Part shown: piece by piece, positions 9,752 through 18,406 of the stretch | Position numbering within the stretch: position 1 is the stretch's first letter | Layout: every line of letters begins with the position of its first letter | From: Candidatus Cloacimonadales bacterium | Lineage (GTDB): Bacteria > Cloacimonadota > Cloacimonadia > Cloacimonadales > JAIOQZ01 | Direction: 5' to 3' | Assembly: GCA_963674825.1 (NCBI GenBank) | Contig: OY771587.1 | Span: 2,336,001-2,400,000 of the forward strand | DNA length: 64,000 nt | Position numbers and translations under genes: made by a program | Notes under the pieces: model-generated | What the model was told of the DNA's origin: nothing | Seen by the model: the letters and a program-made list of their open reading frames with translations, nothing else | Database searches by the model: none

Positions 9752-10978
9752 TTACCTCTTCCTGATAATCTTGCCTTCCGCCATCACCATCGATGGGAAC
9801 GCCGCCAGGTGCAATGGATTCTTGTCCCACACGATCAGACTGGCTATTTTACCGGGTTCAATGGTTCCGAGGATATCGTCGATTCCAAGGATTTTTGCAT
9901 TCTTCCATGTAATCATGGAGATGGCCTCTTCTTCGGACATTCCGTGGATGAGGAAGTATTTGAGCGTATCACGCAGGCAGATGGTGTGGATCACGCTGTG
10001 ATCGGTCATTAAACCGTAGAACGCCTTGGATTTCATGAGCAGATGGGCGTTCTCGTAAAACGCGTGCTTGAGCTCGACTTTGTATCCAACGGTTCCCATG
10101 GGGCCGTACACGACTGGGATTCCGGCCTTTGCAAGTTCGTCGAATGTGTCTTTATTGAAGACGTCCGCGGTGTGATCAGCAGTAGCTTTCAGGCCGTACT
10201 TTTTCACGAGGTGGATCAGGTACATCACATCGTCGTCTTTATGTACGTGAACTTTTGCGATCTTCTCGCCACTCAGCAGCTCCAGGATGGCTTTGTCTTC
10301 ATTGGTAAATTCGAAATCGTACTCGCGATCGATCACCGATTTCTCGTAGTCGTATTCCTTCTTTGATAGCTTCTTCTCTTTCTTCTTGCTCTCGAGCTCA
10401 TTCAGCTTCTTTTCTTTGGCCAGATCGGCTTTCGCTTTCTTTTGCAGGACGCCGTCAAATTTCTTTTCCAGCATCATATAGACACCCATACGCGTGTTGG
10501 GACGCTCGCCTTTCCAGTCGGTAGTGGAGCGTGGATTGAAGCCCAGCGCCATCTTGTAGCCGTAATGTTTGATCATCGCGTCCTTGCGATTTTTCACGAA
10601 GTTGCGAATGATCATCGCTTTGCCGCCCAGTAGGTTACCACTTCCCGGAACGAGGCAGCTGTACAGGATACCAAAATCGACAGCGTCCTTGAAGGCGCGG
10701 TCATCGTAGTAGATGCTGTCGATGGGATTGATCAGCGGTAGAAACTGGTTCGAGTGGTCGTTGGCTTCTTCTTCCTGATACGGCTCGCCATCGCGGTTCA
10801 TTCCGATGTGGGAGTGGGCGTCGATGAATCCAGGTGTAACAAAACCCTCGAAGTCATGCTTCTTCTGCTTGTCAGATACCTCGACGATCGTCGTGCCTTC
10901 GACGGTGATCCAGCGGTTCTCCTGCTTTGTCTTTCCGTCAAAAAGCATAGTTGCCTTGATAACCGTTTGCTTTGCCAT
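9752..10978 (-). CDS. Amidohydrolase family protein
   Basis: PGFIDAHSH, KMALG, HVH, MTDH, GTIEPGKIAS; start MAKQ chosen from AAGGAG spacing. Confidence 0.85.
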   Translation of the reverse strand: MAKQTVIKATMLFDGKTKQENRWITVEGTTIVEVSDKQKKHDFEGFVTPGFIDAHSHIGMNRDGEPYQEEEANDHSNQFLPLINPIDSIYYDDRAFKDAVDFGILYSCLVPGSGNLLGGKAMIIRNFVKNRKDAMIKHYGYKMALGFNPRSTTDWKGERPNTRMGVYMMLEKKFDGVLQKKAKADLAKEKKLNELESKKKEKKLSKKEYDYEKSVIDREYDFEFTNEDKAILELLSGEKIAKVHVHKDDDVMYLIHLVKKYGLKATADHTADVFNKDTFDELAKAGIPVVYGPMGTVGYKVELKHAFYENAHLLMKSKAFYGLMTDHSVIHTICLRDTLKYFLIHGMSEEEAISMITWKNAKILGIDDILGTIEPGKIASLIVWDKNPLHLAAFPSMVMAEGKIIRKR

Positions 10979-11092
10979 ACGCATCTCCTTTTATTGCATT
11001 GTTGTTGCCTGAATACCGTGTAATTTCTCGATTGTCTCCTCGGGCAGATTTTGTCAATGAATCTGTTGGTGCTAACCATCGGAGCACCGTTG

Positions 11093-11140
11093 AAAAACTC
11101 ATGGCATCCCGAATCCAGAATGGAAATCAGGATGCCATGA
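11093..11140 (-). terminator. Intrinsic terminator after the trmB-traB-small ORF operon
   Basis: TCATGGCATCC (11099-11109) / GGATGCCATGA (11130-11140) stem preceded by AAAAA on + (U-tract on -). Confidence 0.7.
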
Positions 11141-11173
11141 ATAACAATTGTGAAATGGATTGAGATGGATAGC

Positions 11174-11389
11174 CTATTCTTCCTTCTTCTGCTGCTCCTT
11201 CATCTTCTTGAACATAACACCAAGTGGTGCCCAGATGAACAGCAAGTGCGTCGTTGCACCCATTGTCAGGATCATGTTGATCATGTGCTTATTAGGTGAG
11301 TCTTTCACGAGAATTGTAACTCCGATCATGACCGCACCCCAGATGATGGCACTGGAGATGATAAAGAAACCGACACTCTTTCCTTTCAT
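11174..11389 (-). CDS. Small two-TM membrane protein, hypothetical
   Basis: 71 aa, two hydrophobic segments, GGAGG RBS, follows traB/gumN gene. Confidence 0.7.
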   Translation of the reverse strand: MKGKSVGFFIISSAIIWGAVMIGVTILVKDSPNKHMINMILTMGATTHLLFIWAPLGVMFKKMKEQQKKEE

Positions 11390-11398
11390 GGTAACCTC

Positions 11399-12292
11399 CT
11401 ATCGCTGGATGGTTTTTATTCCTTTGTCGTTTAGGCGTTTGATGATTCCATCGTCTCCCACGAGGTGGAAGGAACCGACAATCACGAAATAGGTGTGTTT
11501 TTCTTTGTTGTTGGCGAACTTGATGATCTTGTCCGTCATTTCGCCGTCACGCTCGGTGAACAGCTTGTCATAATAAGCCATGATGCCGGGCAGGTCTTTG
11601 GAAAGCTCCTTCATTTTGCCCTTGGAGAGCTCGTCGAGTTTCTTCGCATCGCCGGTTTTCCATGCCTTGAGCAGCTCGCAGAATACGCTCTCGATCTCAT
11701 CGTAGTCCTCCAGGGAGTAATTCAGATAATCGACCTGAACACTATCCGGAAGTGAGCTTAGCATCTTGAGCTGTGACATCATGGTTTCAAGCTCGATGAT
11801 CTGCATGTTTTTCAGGTGTGCCTTGGCGAGGTAAACCATATCGACGCCTACTTCGGCTTTAAGCCCGAGTTTCTGCAGGATTCCCATACTGAGGCTAAGC
11901 GTGGCAAACCACGGACGGAACTTGTTCATCGTTGCCTGCGGAATACCCATGGTCTCGAATTTCTCGGTAAGTGAGCGGAATTCCTTGGGCTTAATCATAT
12001 TGCTGAGCAGCGTACCTTCGGGCAGGAATGCGTTTGCACCGATGAATTGCTGCATTTCTGCCTGATCGATCTGTGACGCGTCGAGCTCGACGACCAGCAC
12101 ATCCGATGCATCGAACGCTTCGTCGATCGCTTTATCGAGTGGGTAAGCCGATTCCGGCATCAGATGGATAGAACCCAGTATATAGACCTTGTTGTGTGTA
12201 CCTTTTACTTCGTACAGCATACTCTCTGCAGACAGAAGTGTCACCAGTGTCAGCAGCATGATGAGCAATAGCGCTTTTCTCATCTTTTTCAT
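11399..12292 (-). CDS. TraB/GumN family exported protein (Tiki-like metalloprotein)
   Basis: Signal peptide, YILGSIH, GVD, ELET, VGSFHL. Confidence 0.85.
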   Translation of the reverse strand: MKKMRKALLLIMLLTLVTLLSAESMLYEVKGTHNKVYILGSIHLMPESAYPLDKAIDEAFDASDVLVVELDASQIDQAEMQQFIGANAFLPEGTLLSNMIKPKEFRSLTEKFETMGIPQATMNKFRPWFATLSLSMGILQKLGLKAEVGVDMVYLAKAHLKNMQIIELETMMSQLKMLSSLPDSVQVDYLNYSLEDYDEIESVFCELLKAWKTGDAKKLDELSKGKMKELSKDLPGIMAYYDKLFTERDGEMTDKIIKFANNKEKHTYFVIVGSFHLVGDDGIIKRLNDKGIKTIQR

Positions 12293-13155
12293 GAATTATT
12301 CCTCCTGAATAGATTCTTCTCTGTTTTTACGAAATATTCGAAATTGATCTGAAAACTATCGATCGATTTGCGGATCTCGGAGACGATGTCCTCGGGTGGG
12401 CGATTACTGAAGATAATGCCGTAAAGCTCGGATAGGTTCATCTCGTTCAGCATGCCATTATATAGGACGATCGAGATATACGGATCTCTGGTCCAGATGC
12501 AGTGCAGTAGATCCCGGCCATTGTGGTCGATCAGCGCGATCATGGCCTCGGAAGCGTCTTTGACAATCAGGAGCCAATGCCCCTTGAGTTCTTTCAGCAC
12601 GAGTTCGGAATTGACGGCGTAGATCTGGCGGATGTTCTCGAATTGACGACTGCAGTAGTTTTTGAGCGTGATCATGAGTTCATCGTTGCTCTTCTTGCGC
12701 AGATGCGGTTCTAAAACCTCCAGCGGAGCTGGAAAGCTGTCGATAAGAAGCTGGTGTTGTGCGCTTTCGATCATCGAGATTGCCTTCTCATAAGCAAGTT
12801 CCAGCGATTGCAGTTCGTAGATACCGGTTCTGGTTTCGTTAACCTCAAGCTTGCTTGCTTCGCGGATAATCTGATCGCGCTGGCGCTGGAATTCGCTCTC
12901 GAGCTTATTCAAGAATTCATTGGCCGGTACTGCTACGAAGATGGTTTTGCTTGTGGTATTGTCGCTAATCACCGCGCCTTTACTCTCCAAGCTCTTCAGC
13001 GCTTTGTAAGTGTTGGCGACCGGCTTGCCGATCTCAACGGCTATCTTGTAGCCGGTGTTTCGCTTGTTTTCAAGCAACCAGATATAGATGGTGGCTTCCA
13101 ATTCGTTCAGTCCCATCTCTCTGAGCAACCCGGTTAGTGTCTCGTGCGTATTCAT
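12289..13155 (-). CDS. TrmB family transcriptional regulator
   Basis: N-terminal GLNELEATIY..LL, GYKIA, TYKALKSLESKG winged HTH. Confidence 0.85.
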   Translation of the reverse strand: MNTHETLTGLLREMGLNELEATIYIWLLENKRNTGYKIAVEIGKPVANTYKALKSLESKGAVISDNTTSKTIFVAVPANEFLNKLESEFQRQRDQIIREASKLEVNETRTGIYELQSLELAYEKAISMIESAQHQLLIDSFPAPLEVLEPHLRKKSNDELMITLKNYCSRQFENIRQIYAVNSELVLKELKGHWLLIVKDASEAMIALIDHNGRDLLHCIWTRDPYISIVLYNGMLNEMNLSELYGIIFSNRPPEDIVSEIRKSIDSFQINFEYFVKTEKNLFRRNNS

Positions 13156-13169
13156 TCGCTCCTCTATGA

Positions 13170-13188
13170 TAGTAGCATCATGCTACTA
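13170..13188. promoter_or_regulatory. Perfect palindrome, putative TrmB-family operator
   Basis: TAGTAGCAT-C-ATGCTACTA between the minus-strand TTGACA (13216-13211) and the trmB RBS. Confidence 0.6.
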
Positions 13189-13265
13189 ATATTTGGAAAT
13201 ATCCGAAACGTGTCAAGCAGAAAATGAATTGGGTGTTTTATGTGATGCCAGTTCGTTTTTTTTAT

Positions 13266-13293
13266 TTGACGCCTAATTGCAGAATGTTAATAT
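13266..13293 (+). promoter_or_regulatory. Putative sigma70 promoter for pspC-mutT
   Basis: TTGACG-16 nt-TAATAT with TG extension. Confidence 0.5.
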
Positions 13294-13327
13294 CGGCTGT
13301 AACAAATATAGAAAGGGAGGCATTGCG

Positions 13328-13747
13328 ATGCGAAGGCTACATTTGAGCGATAGAGACAAGAAGCTCGCCGGCGTATGCGGTGGTTTGGCCGAATCATTCG
13401 GAATCGGTTCAGATTATATGCGAATTATCTTCGTTGTGGCTACGATTCTGGGTGGCTACGGGATTATTGCCTATCTGGCATTGATGCTCATTCTTCCGCG
13501 TGAGAGTGATCCGCAGATTATCGATGTGGAGCCTATCCCCGAGGACGATGGTGGCGAGAAGAAGAAAGACCGTCTGTATCGTACGGCGAATGATAAAATC
13601 ATCGCGGGAGTATGCGGTGGCGTGGCAAAGTATACAGGTTGGGATGTCAGTTTCGTACGGCTGGGTTTCATCATTCTTGGGTTCGCGTCCGGGGTCGGCG
13701 TGATTCTCTATCTCATCATGTGGCTCGTGATGCCATTGGCTGATTAG
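13328..13747 (+). CDS. pspC: PspC domain protein (two PspC repeats)
   Basis: RRLHLSDRDKKLAGVCGGLA and RLYRTANDKIIAGVCGGVA; GGAGG before ATG 13328. Confidence 0.85.
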   Translation: MRRLHLSDRDKKLAGVCGGLAESFGIGSDYMRIIFVVATILGGYGIIAYLALMLILPRESDPQIIDVEPIPEDDGGEKKKDRLYRTANDKIIAGVCGGVAKYTGWDVSFVRLGFIILGFASGVGVILYLIMWLVMPLAD

Positions 13748-13748
13748 T

Positions 13749-14255
13749 ATGACAGATAACGTTACTGGAAGAAAAGCGATTCTCGCAACGTTATGCTACG
13801 TGCGCAATGAGGATCGCACCTTGATGCTGTTTCGCAACCGCAAGAAAGACGACATCCATAAGCAGAAATGGAATGGGCTGGGCGGTAAATTCGAACCCGG
13901 TGAATCACCGGAAGAATGTGCTATCCGTGAGGTGTACGAGGAATCGGGTCTGACAGTCAATAACCCTTACATGCGCGGTGTACTTACCTTCCCGCTCTTC
14001 GATGGCATAAACGACTGGTATGTATACCTTTTTGAGATGCATGATTTCAACGGTGATCTGATCGAATCTCCTGAGGGTGAGCTGGAATGGATTCCGAACG
14101 AGAAATTGCTCGACCTGAATCTATGGGAAGGCGATAAAATATTCCTGAAATGGTTGGGCAAACCGGGATTTTATTCTGGCGTGTTTCGATATGAAGATGG
14201 CGTCTTAATGTGCTGGAATGTAGAAGAATACGGCGATATCTCCGCGACTGAATAG
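13749..14255 (+). CDS. mutT: Nudix hydrolase, 8-oxo-dGTP diphosphatase (MutT/MutX/MTH1-like)
   Basis: KWNGLGGKFEPGESPEECAIREVYEESGL Nudix box; LWEGD. Confidence 0.85.
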   Translation: MTDNVTGRKAILATLCYVRNEDRTLMLFRNRKKDDIHKQKWNGLGGKFEPGESPEECAIREVYEESGLTVNNPYMRGVLTFPLFDGINDWYVYLFEMHDFNGDLIESPEGELEWIPNEKLLDLNLWEGDKIFLKWLGKPGFYSGVFRYEDGVLMCWNVEEYGDISATE

Positions 14256-14309
14256 CACGAACAATCGAAAAAAAACTTCTCCGCGTGAAATTTTTCCGTC
14301 ACAAAATAT

Positions 14310-14337
14310 TTGACATTATGAAATAAATAAATATCAT
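14310..14337 (+). promoter_or_regulatory. Putative sigma70 promoter for trxA
   Basis: TTGACA-16 nt-TATCAT. Confidence 0.55.
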
Positions 14338-14364
14338 GTCTCAAAAATGAGATAAGGAGATATC

Positions 14365-14733
14365 ATGGAACACCTGACATTGGATACATTCAAACAAAAA
14401 GTTTTCGATTTCGAGAGCGGCAAAGAATGGAACTATCTCGGTGACAAACCCGCTATCATCGACTTCTACGCAGATTGGTGCGCCCCGTGCCGGATGGTTG
14501 CGCCTGTGCTGGAAGAATTATCGGGAGAATACGGTGAGAAGCTTGCGATCTACAAGATCAATACCGAAGAACAGCAGCAGCTGGCTGGTATGTTCGGTAT
14601 TCAGAGCATCCCTTCACTGCTTTTCATCCCGAAGGACGGGCAGCCTCAGATGGCGATGGGTGCATTACCCAAGAAGACATTCCACGAAATTATCAAGGAT
14701 GTCTTGAAACTCGATCCTCCCGCCGAGGCGTAA
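14365..14733 (+). CDS. trxA: Thioredoxin
   Basis: DFYADWCAPC, IQSIPSL. Confidence 0.95.
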   Translation: MEHLTLDTFKQKVFDFESGKEWNYLGDKPAIIDFYADWCAPCRMVAPVLEELSGEYGEKLAIYKINTEEQQQLAGMFGIQSIPSLLFIPKDGQPQMAMGALPKKTFHEIIKDVLKLDPPAEA

Positions 14734-14763
14734 ACTTTCGCTGTATACCAGAAACGATGAGCG

Positions 14764-15198
14764 CTACTCAAGATGGGTAGCGCTCTTCGTTTTGTTTTGA
14801 TCAAATGCTTTTATATGCGCGGCGTACTTCTGGTCCGAGTCATTTATATGCGCCAATAACCACTCGGTCAGGAAGCTGATCAGCTTGATCGCCAGATCCG
14901 GTTTGGCAAGCTCGACGTCATTCCTGAGTTCTTCAACCTTGCTGGTGAATCTCTCATGTTCGACTTCATGTTGTTCCATTTGTGGATACGAGAATTCCTC
15001 AAACAACCGATGTTCCGATGAAAAATGCACTTGAGCGTAGTCAGATAGGTGACGAATGGATTGATCGAGCACATCATTCTCAATTCCGCTGCTAACCGAA
15101 TCGTAAACATCATTGATTATTCGAATCAGAATCTGGTGTTGCTGGTCTATTTCAGGTATTCCCACGATTAGATTGCTGTCCCATTTTACTAGTGGCAT
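14764..15198 (-). CDS. Bacteriohemerythrin
   Basis: W....VGIPEIDQQH, HFSSE, HEVEH, WLLAHINDSD di-iron ligands. Confidence 0.9.
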   Translation of the reverse strand: MPLVKWDSNLIVGIPEIDQQHQILIRIINDVYDSVSSGIENDVLDQSIRHLSDYAQVHFSSEHRLFEEFSYPQMEQHEVEHERFTSKVEELRNDVELAKPDLAIKLISFLTEWLLAHINDSDQKYAAHIKAFDQNKTKSATHLE

Positions 15199-15254
15199 GT
15201 ATTAAACCCCACTGATATCATGTGGTTACCAATCTTGGTGAATCGGATTGATTG

Positions 15255-15662
15255 TCAGCGCAATCCTTGTTCATTGAAGAAGTCCGAGTATTTCTGATCG
15301 ACAGTTTTTATATGGTTGACCAGCCAGTCCTTTAGAAGCGTCATGACTTTGATCGAGAGGCCCATGCTGCCACTATCGAAATCAGTTTTGATCTGCTCGA
15401 TTTTTTTGATGAACGCCTTATGTTGATCGACATGAGCCGGAGCATCTGGGTAGCTGTACTGCTGGAAGAGCTGCTCTTCTGTTGAGAAATGAGTACGTGT
15501 GTAATCCAGCAAACCTTTCAGGATTTTTCCCATGATATCGTTTCCCTTTCCCGAACGCATGGCTTCGTGAAGGTCGTTGATCATGTCGAGCCATTTCTTG
15601 TGTTGATTGTCGATCATGGCTACTTTCACACTGAGTTTGTCATCCCATGCTACTAATGGCAT
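15255..15662 (-). CDS. Bacteriohemerythrin
   Basis: IDNQH, HFSTEE, HVDQH, WLVNHIKTVD. Confidence 0.92.
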   Translation of the reverse strand: MPLVAWDDKLSVKVAMIDNQHKKWLDMINDLHEAMRSGKGNDIMGKILKGLLDYTRTHFSTEEQLFQQYSYPDAPAHVDQHKAFIKKIEQIKTDFDSGSMGLSIKVMTLLKDWLVNHIKTVDQKYSDFFNEQGLR

Positions 15663-15707
15663 ACGAATCCTCCTTTGGAAAAGTGTATTAGATGAAATTA
15701 CAATAAG

Positions 15708-15736
15708 ATACTAATCAGGAATTGACAGATGTCAAT
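15708..15736 (-). promoter_or_regulatory. Hemerythrin promoter whose -35 lies within a TTGAC-N4-GTCAA (FNR/CRP-like) palindrome
   Basis: ATTGACA-GA-TGTCAAT at 15721-15736; on minus strand TTGACA-16 nt-TAGTAT (15713-15708). Confidence 0.5.
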
Positions 15737-15900
15737 CTTAAAATAGTGGGATGGATCGCTTCTTGATAAATGCGGTTGCCGATATGCCACAAATCGAATG
15801 CGTTCATTATAATAAATGCGAATCAGTCGCTTCGGAAAAGATACATTGACAAATTTCCCTGTCTGATTTTCGTAACCAAAATTTTGAAAAGAGGTTGATT

Positions 15901-17100
15901 ATGGCGATCAAGATTGCCAACCGAGCGAAAGCGATCAAACCATCCCCCACTCTTTCCGTATCCAATAAAGCCACTGAACTGAAAAGTAAGGGCATTAATG
16001 TGATCAATTTTGGTGTGGGCGAACCCGATTTCGATACGCCTGACTACATCAAGGAAGCAGGTAAGAAAGCGATTGATGATAACTACACCCGTTATACTTC
16101 CGCCGCGGGATTTCCCGATCTGCGGGAGGCGATCTGCCGTAAGCTGAAAAACGAAAACAATCTCGAATACAAACCCTCAGAGATCCTGGTAACTCCAGGC
16201 GCGAAGACCGCGATCATGGAAATCCTGATGACAGTCTGCGATCCGAGAGACGAGGTGCTTATCCCGACACCATTCTGGGTAAGCTACATTTCTCAGGTCG
16301 ATCTTGTGGATGCTTTGCCTGTTTTGTTGCCTACAAGCCGTACGACCGGATTCAAGATAACCCCGGAGCAACTGGAAGAATCTATCCAAACTCATAGTAC
16401 GCCCAAGGTTGTGATCATCAATTCACCGAACAATCCTACCGGTATTGTATATACTCGCGAAGAGCTGGAAAAGATTGCAGAGGTATGCCTCCGACACAAT
16501 ATCATCATCATCTCGGACGAGATTTATGAGAAGCTGATCTACGACGGTGAAGAACACGTCTCTATAGCATCGCTTTCAAAGGAAGTCCGTGATAACACTA
16601 TCGTGATCAACGGTGTTTCCAAGGCGTATGCCATGACCGGTTGGCGCGTGGGTTATGCCGCAGCGAACGAAGACATCATCAAGCGTGCTGGACGAATCCA
16701 GGGTCATCTGACATCTTGTGTCAATTCCGTGGCTCAGCGTGCGGCACTTGTGGCGATGAGTGAAGATGATGGCTCGACAGAGGCAATGCGGAAGGTGTTC
16801 GAGGAGCGCCGGAACTATCTGGTCCATCGCCTGAATGGTATGAAGAATATTACCTGCGCGATGCCAAAGGGTGCGTTCTATGCGATGCCCAATGTCTCGT
16901 ATTATCTCTTCAACAACAAGAAGAATATTACCAACTCCGTCGAGCTCTGCGAGTACCTGATCGACAACTTCCATGTTGCGTTGGTGCCCGGTTCAGCATT
17001 TGGAGCCGACCGCTATATCCGTTTCTCCTACGCCAACAGCATGGAGAACATCGAAGAAGGGCTCAACCGCTTTGAGGCGGGATTGCTGAGTCTTATCTGA
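15901..17100 (+). CDS. aspC: PLP-dependent aminotransferase class I/II (aspartate aminotransferase-like)
   Basis: GEPDFDTP, NSPNNPTG, SDEIY, SKAYAMTGWRVG. Confidence 0.9.
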   Translation: MAIKIANRAKAIKPSPTLSVSNKATELKSKGINVINFGVGEPDFDTPDYIKEAGKKAIDDNYTRYTSAAGFPDLREAICRKLKNENNLEYKPSEILVTPGAKTAIMEILMTVCDPRDEVLIPTPFWVSYISQVDLVDALPVLLPTSRTTGFKITPEQLEESIQTHSTPKVVIINSPNNPTGIVYTREELEKIAEVCLRHNIIIISDEIYEKLIYDGEEHVSIASLSKEVRDNTIVINGVSKAYAMTGWRVGYAAANEDIIKRAGRIQGHLTSCVNSVAQRAALVAMSEDDGSTEAMRKVFEERRNYLVHRLNGMKNITCAMPKGAFYAMPNVSYYLFNNKKNITNSVELCEYLIDNFHVALVPGSAFGADRYIRFSYANSMENIEEGLNRFEAGLLSLI

Positions 17101-17107
17101 TCGCGTC

Positions 17108-17311
17108 ATGCGGGAAATAAAAGACCGAATATTTGAACGATATTCGCAAATAAGGAAGAGCCGTACGGAGATCTGGGGTAGCTGGATCAAGAAGGTCATT
17201 CTGTTGATTTTCGTGCTGGCACTCTTCAAATACCTCGGTCTCGGCAAGGGGCTGCGGACGTTTTTCTGGGGTGAATCCCCCACAACAACGGAAGAAGTGA
17301 GGAAACCATGA
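17108..17311 (+). CDS. Small hypothetical single-TM protein
   Basis: 67 aa; fills the gap between aspC and pfkB, ATGA overlap with next gene. Confidence 0.55.
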   Translation: MREIKDRIFERYSQIRKSRTEIWGSWIKKVILLIFVLALFKYLGLGKGLRTFFWGESPTTTEEVRKP

Positions 17312-18204
17312 ATTTGCTAATCATTGGATCGGTAGCGAAGGACTCTATTCGCACACCATTCGGCGAGGTTGAAGATATCCTCGGCGGATCGACTGTCTAT
17401 GCGTCGATGTCGGCGTCCAATTTTTGCCCGGTTCGAATCGTCGGCGTTGTGGGTGAGGATTTTGAACAAGCCCATCTGGATCTGCTTTCCGGTCGTGGTG
17501 TTGACACCTGCGGAATAGATATTGTTGCGGGGGAAACCTTCCGGTGGAAGGGGTATTACGATGATCTCAACGCAGCGCAGACGCTAGATACGCAGCTCAA
17601 CGTGTTTGCCGGATTCAATCCGGTTCTTCCTGAGAAGTTCAAAGACAGCGAAGTAGTGCTGCTTGGTAACATTCAACCGTCTCTTCAGCTTGCAGTACTG
17701 GATCAGATCGAAACCCCGAAGCTGGTCGCCTGCGATACAATGAACTTTTGGATCGAAGGTGCACGAGAAGAGCTCGAAGCCGTGATCCGTCGTGTAGATA
17801 TTCTTTTCATCAACGAAGACGAACTGAAGATGCTTACCGGTGTTGGCAATATCTATAAGGCATCCCGCAAAGCGCTCGAATACGGCCTCAAATACGTGGT
17901 CGTGAAACGCGGCGAATACGGCTCTCTGGTTGTCGGCGAAAACATGCTGTTCTCCGTGCCGGTATATCCGGTGGAGCGCGTCGTCGATCCGACTGGCGCT
18001 GGCGATTCATTTGCCGGTGGTTTCCTGGGATATCTTACCGAACGGGGCGAGTTCACTGAAGGTGCTATCAAGCATGCAATGATCTATGGGACTGTCTGTG
18101 CATCGTTGAACATCGAAGATTTCAGTATCCGGATTCTTCAGGAATCTACCCGGGACGAAATCGAGGCAAGAAGAGACGCGCTCACAAAAATAATTGCATT
18201 ATGA
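17308..18204 (+). CDS. PfkB family carbohydrate/nucleoside kinase
   Basis: LGGS, VVKRGEYG, VVDPTGAGDSFAGG. Confidence 0.9.
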   Translation: MNLLIIGSVAKDSIRTPFGEVEDILGGSTVYASMSASNFCPVRIVGVVGEDFEQAHLDLLSGRGVDTCGIDIVAGETFRWKGYYDDLNAAQTLDTQLNVFAGFNPVLPEKFKDSEVVLLGNIQPSLQLAVLDQIETPKLVACDTMNFWIEGAREELEAVIRRVDILFINEDELKMLTGVGNIYKASRKALEYGLKYVVVKRGEYGSLVVGENMLFSVPVYPVERVVDPTGAGDSFAGGFLGYLTERGEFTEGAIKHAMIYGTVCASLNIEDFSIRILQESTRDEIEARRDALTKIIAL

Positions 18205-18244
18205 TTGAAACGAGATATCTTATCTATGAATTAGTGCGTAAACG

Positions 18245-18376
18245 AAACCTCTATCCTCTCAACTGTCATATAACTGCCATGACTGCGCGTCGTGGAACAT
18301 CCTCCGCGATTACATATGTCGAGCCTTGTGCGAAAGGTAATTTCGATGCTGTGTAATGGTCTGGAGGTTTTTCTTT
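18245..18376 (+). ncRNA. Candidate structured leader RNA upstream of purM (unassigned family)
   Basis: Closing stem 18245-18253/18362-18370 followed by U-rich run, enclosing three hairpins (see findings). Confidence 0.35.
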
Positions 18377-18406
18377 ATCCGGAAATACCTGTTCAGGAGA
18401 AATATA

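Noticed and set aside
18261..18340. Assignment of the purM leader to purine or ZTP riboswitch families
   Set aside because: Lacks the TTTCTACC/CCGTAAA purine core and the CGYCTGGGC ZTP 3' element; kept only as an unassigned candidate
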